Part shown: one piece after another, positions 58,783-64,000 of the stretch
Layout: every line of letters starts with the position of its first letter
Position numbering within the stretch: the first letter of the stretch is position 1
The notes under the pieces: generated by a model
What the model was told of the DNA's origin: nothing
Database searches by the model: none
What the model saw: only the letters and a program-made list of their open reading frames with translations
Translations under genes and position numbers: made by a program
Assembly (NCBI GenBank): GCA_963740315.1
Contig: CAVUDP010000001.1
Coordinates: 1,536,001-1,600,000, forward strand
Direction: 5' to 3'
Length of the DNA: 64,000 bases
Source of the DNA: an uncultured cyanobacterium
GTDB lineage: Bacteria; Cyanobacteriota; Cyanobacteriia; Cyanobacteriales; Nostocaceae

Positions 58783-60183
58783 TTATCCCACAACCACCAC
58801 CGGACTAACATACTTCCCTTGCTCATCCACACCTAATAAACTTTCTGCACCATCTATCTGTATCCGTAATAAATACTCTCCCTGCTTGACATCACGAACC
58901 GAAAATATTACCCGTTCGGTATCTTGATTGCGAGAATTAGCTGCAAAGATATATGCTGCTGGACTAGAAATAGAACATTCGTTTAAAAACAGCAACACCT
59001 TCTGTCCCATACCAACTATCAAATCGACTTCGACTTTTACCCGTGCTGAATAAAATCCATTCTCGTTATCTTCTATATCTTCTAGTTCCACGTTTTCAAT
59101 TGTTGGACATAATACAAACGGTACGGTGTTAGAACCAATTACCCTAGTTGGTTCTGATGCAAAGCGTTTGGGTAAGAGGGGATAAATTATTTGTAAGCTT
59201 TGTATAGCTGCTCGTAATAAGTTTTTTTCTTCTATAGATAAGGATGCTAAGTCTAACCGAATTTCATTTTCAGTTACCTTTTGTGGAGTTAATTTAGCTT
59301 CTCCAATCTTGATCTCGGGTTTACTTCGAGACAATGGCTGATTACTCGCTTTATCTCTGATTTCTGAATCTTGACTATTTAATTTATTAGCTAATTCTCT
59401 TAACTGTTTGTCACTTAACTCGGCATTTAAATTTTGACCGTTAATTATAATATGACTATCCGATTCAAAATTACCACTAGGAACATTTTTTTGATTATTA
59501 CTATCTTCTAAAACCACCTGAGAAATTATTGGTTGATTAGGTTGAAAATAAAATTCTCTTGCTCTAACAGGTAGTAGTCTTTTACCGCTTTTCTTACCTT
59601 CAATTAATACAGCGCTAGCCTGCCAAGCAAAAGATAGAATATATGGAGTTTGGAAGAATACCGACCAAATTTTGGAAAGTTCTTCTGTATTCATGTTGCT
59701 AGGAATAATTGTTACCCGTTCTACTTGTTCTGCTAAGTTAGAATTTCTCAGGTAGCTGCTGTATCTAGAGCTATTTATAGTTTCTTGAATCATCTGGGAA
59801 GTTAATATTGGCCGATCGACTAATGCTCTAAGGGTACTTCCTAAAAGACGTTGAGGTTCTAATTCCGATTCATTTCCATAAAAGGTCATTAAGTAATATA
59901 AATTCAATCCAGCTTGGGCTTGTTTGATTAATTCTCCTTTAGGGCGACGCGTCCTCAAATCCGCATTTTTCCAAGCTGGATTAGGTGTCGCTTGATACAT
60001 GTATACGTTAACTCTCGGCTGTGTTGCGCCACTATCGGAATTATCGGGTCTAGCAGTCGTAACTATTGTACCGTCAACATCTTCCTGTATTGATGCTTGG
60101 ACAATTCTTTGAATCGTTGCCGTTACGGTAGCGATCGCCAAATGGTTACTCATATTTCTTTTATACCTATTGTCTTGAGTCAA
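58783..60183 (-). CDS. DUF4255 protein (Afp16/Pvc16-like cap/terminator)
   Basis: MSNHLAIATVTATI, RVNVYMYQATPNPAWKNADL, LNLYYLMT, EELSKIWSVF; start probably ATG at about 60153. Confidence 0.9.
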   Translation of the reverse strand: MTQDNRYKRNMSNHLAIATVTATIQRIVQASIQEDVDGTIVTTARPDNSDSGATQPRVNVYMYQATPNPAWKNADLRTRRPKGELIKQAQAGLNLYYLMTFYGNESELEPQRLLGSTLRALVDRPILTSQMIQETINSSRYSSYLRNSNLAEQVERVTIIPSNMNTEELSKIWSVFFQTPYILSFAWQASAVLIEGKKSGKRLLPVRAREFYFQPNQPIISQVVLEDSNNQKNVPSGNFESDSHIIINGQNLNAELSDKQLRELANKLNSQDSEIRDKASNQPLSRSKPEIKIGEAKLTPQKVTENEIRLDLASLSIEEKNLLRAAIQSLQIIYPLLPKRFASEPTRVIGSNTVPFVLCPTIENVELEDIEDNENGFYSARVKVEVDLIVGMGQKVLLFLNECSISSPAAYIFAANSRNQDTERVIFSVRDVKQGEYLLRIQIDGAESLLGVDEQGKYVSPVVVVG

Positions 60184-60794
60184 AATGTAAACAATAAATC
60201 GCGATATTTTTATAGATAAACTTTTAACAAATAAAAATATATAGCAATATTCTCATTAAAATAAATGATTATATTGCGATTTCGTCAATCAGTTACAACA
60301 GATTTTATATAACCTTTCCTTAACTAAGTCATTGCTATTTCCTGCGAAAAATGGTTATAAATACTCGGAGATAAAATAGGATAAACGCTTGTGCTTGACA
60401 AGATTCGATTGAATATAACTTAAATTATTTTGCCAGATTAAAATAATAATAACAATTAGTGTATTCTAAGGCATTGTCTAAAAAAAATCTTTAGATTTGA
60501 CAGAAATTAAAGCAATACTTTGGCTGTGATTAATATAGCATCTGTTTACAGAATATTTGGCAACGGTTGTAAACTCAAAAGTAATTATTTATCTGACAAC
60601 TGTTCAAATAAAAGTTAACAAAGTTTACATTTATTTTAGAACTAGCTGCGCGATTATAGTGGTATACTTTTTTCACGATAAAAATCATCCTCATAGTTTT
60701 GGTTGCGTAATATAGTGAAACTTTTGGATGTATGAGATTTCCTGATTATTTATCTATTACGAATTGATTAGCCACAGAAAGGAATATTGAGAAT

Positions 60795-62489
60795 ATGCCC
60801 AGATTAGATTATTTTGCCCCTGGTGTATATGTAGAAGAAATAGACCGGGGTAGTCGTCCCATAGAAGGTGTACAGACTAATATTGCTGGCTTTATTGGTT
60901 TCACTGAAGCAATCCGAAGTGGGGCTGAAGTTGGTAAACCGATGTTGGTAACAAGCTGGAGCCAATATATGGAATACTTCGGTAAAGAAGGTTCCGATGG
61001 CTTTACCGAGTTCGGTGCTTATTTACCGTTTGCTGTTAATGGTTGGTTTTTGAATGGTGGTGGTCGTTGTTGGATAGTCAGCATCGGTACGGAAATTCCC
61101 AAACCGAAAGCAGAACAACAGCAACCAGAACCAAGTTCGAGCGCTATTGCTATTAGCATGAAAAGTAAGCGCGAGTCTTTGCGGTTTTACCTCAAAGAGG
61201 AGGAAGTAGAAAATGGTTCGGTCGATGTAGAAATCCGTCCCAGTCAACCATTAGCAGTTCCTGAAGATTCCGACGAACCCGCACCAGTTCCAGCCGAGTT
61301 TTTCAGTGTCATTGTCAGACGTGGTGGAGAAAAGCTGGAAGAATATCACAACTTAACAATGGATTCCCAGGTTCAACCAGAAGTTGGAACCTATGTAGAA
61401 ACACAACTGCAACAGTCTGAATATTTGCAAATTGAAATTGGAGAACAAAAAGGACTTCCTCTGACACGTCGTCCTTTAGATGGAATGTATGAAGTCAGTC
61501 CCCCTCCAATTTTGCCTTATCGAGAGAATTTACAGCGACATGTACAGGGTGTTCGCGATAAAGGTACTGGTATTCAGGGACTCTATGAAATCGATGAAAT
61601 TACCATGATTGCTTGTCCCGACCTGATGAGGGTTTATGAGGAAGGCATATTAAATGATGACCAACTGCATGGCATCATGGGTTTAATGGTAGACTTGTGC
61701 GAAAATAGCGCTCCTAACCCACCCAACCGGATGGTAGTTTTAGATACACCACCACCCAGAATTGATAAGAGTAAACTCGGAAATGAGGACAAAAAACCTG
61801 TCAAAAAACCCCAGCACGTTGCGGAATGGTTGGATGACTTTGGTCGTCGTTCGATGTTCGCAGCTCTTTACTATCCTTGGGTGAAAGTAGCCAATCCCAA
61901 AGATGAAGGGAAACCAATTATGGTTCCTCCTTGCGGTCATATGTTAGGGGTTTGGTCGCGTACTGATGAGACTCGTGGAGTATATAAAGCACCAGCCAAC
62001 GAAACACCCAGAGGAATAATTGGTTTAGATTATGACTGCAACTTCCGCGAACAGGAATTGCTCAACCCCAAAGGAATTAACTGTATTCGCACCTTCCCCA
62101 ATCGAGGAATAAAAATCTGGGGTGCGCGTACTTTAGCCGAAACAGAGAAAACAGAATGGCGTTATATCAACGTCCGACGTTTAATTAGCTACATCGAAAA
62201 ATCCATTGAACAAGGTACTCAGTGGGTTGTATTTGAACCCAACGACCAAGACTTATGGGCAAGGGTTAGACGTACCGTAAGTAACTTCTTAGAGCGTTTG
62301 TGGCGAGAAGGTGCGCTATTTGGTAGCACTCCCGAAGAAGCTTTTTACGTCAAGTGCGACGAAAGTATTAATACCGAAGAAACAATGATACTTGGACGCT
62401 TGTTTGTAGAAGTTGGGATACGTCCGGTACGTCCTGCGGAATTTGTTGTCTTCCGTATTAGTCAGTGGAATGGTCCGAGTGCGGAATAG
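60795..62489 (+). CDS. Contractile tail sheath protein (Afp2/3/4-like)
   Basis: YFAPGVYVEE, WFLNGGGRCW, ALYYPW, GVYKAPANE, LNPKGINCIR, WRYINVRRL, VFEPND, RPAEFVVFRI. Confidence 0.97.
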   Translation: MPRLDYFAPGVYVEEIDRGSRPIEGVQTNIAGFIGFTEAIRSGAEVGKPMLVTSWSQYMEYFGKEGSDGFTEFGAYLPFAVNGWFLNGGGRCWIVSIGTEIPKPKAEQQQPEPSSSAIAISMKSKRESLRFYLKEEEVENGSVDVEIRPSQPLAVPEDSDEPAPVPAEFFSVIVRRGGEKLEEYHNLTMDSQVQPEVGTYVETQLQQSEYLQIEIGEQKGLPLTRRPLDGMYEVSPPPILPYRENLQRHVQGVRDKGTGIQGLYEIDEITMIACPDLMRVYEEGILNDDQLHGIMGLMVDLCENSAPNPPNRMVVLDTPPPRIDKSKLGNEDKKPVKKPQHVAEWLDDFGRRSMFAALYYPWVKVANPKDEGKPIMVPPCGHMLGVWSRTDETRGVYKAPANETPRGIIGLDYDCNFREQELLNPKGINCIRTFPNRGIKIWGARTLAETEKTEWRYINVRRLISYIEKSIEQGTQWVVFEPNDQDLWARVRRTVSNFLERLWREGALFGSTPEEAFYVKCDESINTEETMILGRLFVEVGIRPVRPAEFVVFRISQWNGPSAE

Positions 62490-62495
62490 ATAGCT

Positions 62496-62554
62496 CCGGG
62501 TTCGTAGTAAGAAGCTCTAGCTCTGGAAGGATTAAAGTTCTTGCTACAAACCGG
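62496..62554. repeat. Imperfect palindromic intergenic repeat after the sheath gene
   Basis: ccgggttcgtagtaagaa ... ttcttgctacaaaccgg. Confidence 0.55.
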
Positions 62555-62622
62555 AATCAGAATTAATCCGGTCGATTGATAGATTAAACAAATTAAGTCG
62601 CTTTCATTAAACTACCAAGGAG

Positions 62623-63105
62623 TTGAATAATATGACTGCTGCACAATCTGAAGAATTATTAGTCAGTTGTAGGTTTTACTTTGAAGCAGACGGAGTTACG
62701 GACAAACAAATTTTAGAAGTAGGGGGTTTAAGTTCTGAAACTCCTGCTGCTGGAGGTGACAAAGTTTTGGGTTCTAGTAAAAATGCAGTCAACCTCCGTC
62801 AAGCTGCTCCCACTCGTGCCAAATTTACACCTGTTACCGTGAAAGTTGTGGCAACTACTAATAAAGACCTGTATAAATGGTACGAGGACTGTAACAAAAA
62901 CGACGGTGGTAAATCAAATTGGTCTAGCAGTCGTAAAGCTGCATCTGTAACAGTATACGACCAAGGTGGAGATATGAAAGCTCGTTGGGAAATGATAAAC
63001 GCTTATCCAACAAAGTATGAAGGACCGAAGTTAGAAGCAGGTTCTAATGAAGTTGCAAACGAGACTCTTACATTAGTTCACGAAGGTATCAAGCGAGTTC
63101 AATAG
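62623..63105 (+). CDS. Tail tube protein (T4 gp19-like, Afp1/5 family)
   Basis: RFYFE, LYKWY, VYDQ...ARW...NAYPTKYEGPKL, E.LTLVHEG. Confidence 0.92.
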   Translation: MNNMTAAQSEELLVSCRFYFEADGVTDKQILEVGGLSSETPAAGGDKVLGSSKNAVNLRQAAPTRAKFTPVTVKVVATTNKDLYKWYEDCNKNDGGKSNWSSSRKAASVTVYDQGGDMKARWEMINAYPTKYEGPKLEAGSNEVANETLTLVHEGIKRVQ

Positions 63106-63228
63106 ACTCACATCTTGCACCATTCGCAATAAACGGAGGCAGAGCCTCCAGATCCTAGTTCCCAGGTTGAACCTGGGAACCAGTTCAAGAGTCTCCGGCT
63201 CTTGTTGAGAATGGTGCAAGATATCAGT
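63106..63228. repeat. MITE/REP-like element with terminal inverted repeats and two inner palindromes
   Basis: actcacatcttgcaccattc ... gaatggtgcaagatatcagt; inner ggaggcagagcctcc and gttcccaggttgaacctgggaac. Confidence 0.75.
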
Positions 63229-63248
63229 AGAGAGGCATAGAGGCATAT

Positions 63249-63794
63249 ATGGGGAAAATTAATTCCCCATTTCTAAATTTAGTCAATTTAATACAGGATA
63301 AAATGTCAAATAAAATTAATAATTTTCCAGAAATACTCACAAACAGTAGGTTTTATATAGAACTAAGTTTAGATGGTAGTCAAGACCCAGTAGACGCATA
63401 TTTCACCGAATGCAAAGGATTTAAACATACTCAAGAAGTAATTGAAGTATGTGAAGTGACTCCCCAACGTTGGGGAAAAGCGAAATATGGTCAGGTTGTC
63501 CGCACAAAAGTTCCTGGAAATATCAAGACGAATAATATTACTTTGCGTCGGGGAATGACTAAATCTAAAACTATATGGAAGTGGTTTGATACCGTACAGA
63601 CTGGTAATTGGGGAGAAAAACGTCGAAATGGTTCTTTGAGTATTTACGACCAAGCAGGAAAAGTGCAGGCTATTTTTGAATTTTATAATGCATGGCCGAC
63701 TAATTATATTGCTTCTGATTTAGATGCAAATAGTACGGAATTAGCCATTGAAGAAATAGAAATTGCAGTAGAAGTATTTAGTCGTAAACAGTAG
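63249..63794 (+). CDS. Second tail tube protein (T4 gp19-like, Afp1/5 family)
   Basis: FTECKG, KVPGN, NITLRRG, WKWF, RRNGSL.IYDQ, NAWP, IEEIEIAVE; start probably ATG at about 63302. Confidence 0.93.
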   Translation: MGKINSPFLNLVNLIQDKMSNKINNFPEILTNSRFYIELSLDGSQDPVDAYFTECKGFKHTQEVIEVCEVTPQRWGKAKYGQVVRTKVPGNIKTNNITLRRGMTKSKTIWKWFDTVQTGNWGEKRRNGSLSIYDQAGKVQAIFEFYNAWPTNYIASDLDANSTELAIEEIEIAVEVFSRKQ

Positions 63795-63801
63795 GTTGAT
63801 T

Positions 63802-64000
63802 ATGTTACAAACAGATTTTGAATTTACCTTACCCAAAGGTTATTTAGATGGAGACGGTAACTTACATCGGATTGGTGTAATGCGTTTAGCAAAAGCAGCA
63901 GATGAGATTATTCCTTTACGGGACCCTCGTGTTAAGTCAAATCCAGCTTACGCTACGGTAATTATTCTTGCACGAGTGATTACAAAATTGGGAGCGTTAG
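63802..64000 (+). CDS. eCIS tail-assembly (chaperone-like) protein, partial at the window end
   Basis: MLQTDFEFTLPKGYLDGDGNLHRIGVMRLAKAADEI.PL.DPRV..NPAY...ILARVITKLG. Confidence 0.85.
   Translation, partial: MLQTDFEFTLPKGYLDGDGNLHRIGVMRLAKAADEIIPLRDPRVKSNPAYATVIILARVITKLGAL

Noticed and set aside
4358..60138. Recurrent GCGATCGC as a novel repeat
   Set aside because: This is HIP1, ubiquitous in cyanobacteria; used only as a taxonomic clue
60795..64000. Prophage or T6SS
   Set aside because: No head, terminase, integrase or Tss membrane-complex genes in view; DUF4255 and the Afp15-like ATPase indicate eCIS

Overview
AT-rich DNA from a filamentous (Nostocales/Rivulariaceae-like) cyanobacterium, as judged from many HIP1 GCGATCGC sites and Uma2, pentapeptide and CHAT genes. 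The backbone looks like a large plasmid or an integrated plasmid-like element: DUF3768, ardA, a recD2 remnant, a ParG/CopG-type ribbon-helix-helix cluster and toxin-antitoxin genes. Left to right it carries: (1) a lipase + cysteine-enzyme-NACHT-TPR pair, an L,D-transpeptidase and a pentapeptide-TM-CHAT gene; (2) an ardA/GIY-YIG small-gene cluster; (3) a TPR-CHAT / small protein / 2-TM protein triad; (4) a GC-rich FAAL-carrier-TE-carrier gene whose carrier serines are both lost; (5) an RHH cluster and a decayed TA cluster; (6) an operon of small membrane proteins, an M23/lysozyme fusion and an FtsK/SpoIIIE ATPase; (7) a decayed XamI-like R-M locus; (8) a sigma-like / DUF1822 / CHAT-NACHT-TM triad, divergent from (9) an extracellular contractile injection system (eCIS) locus that runs off the right end. 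Several deletion scars join unrelated gene fragments. No rRNA, tRNA, CRISPR array or intact transposase was recognised. All family calls come from reading motifs by eye; no database searches were run.
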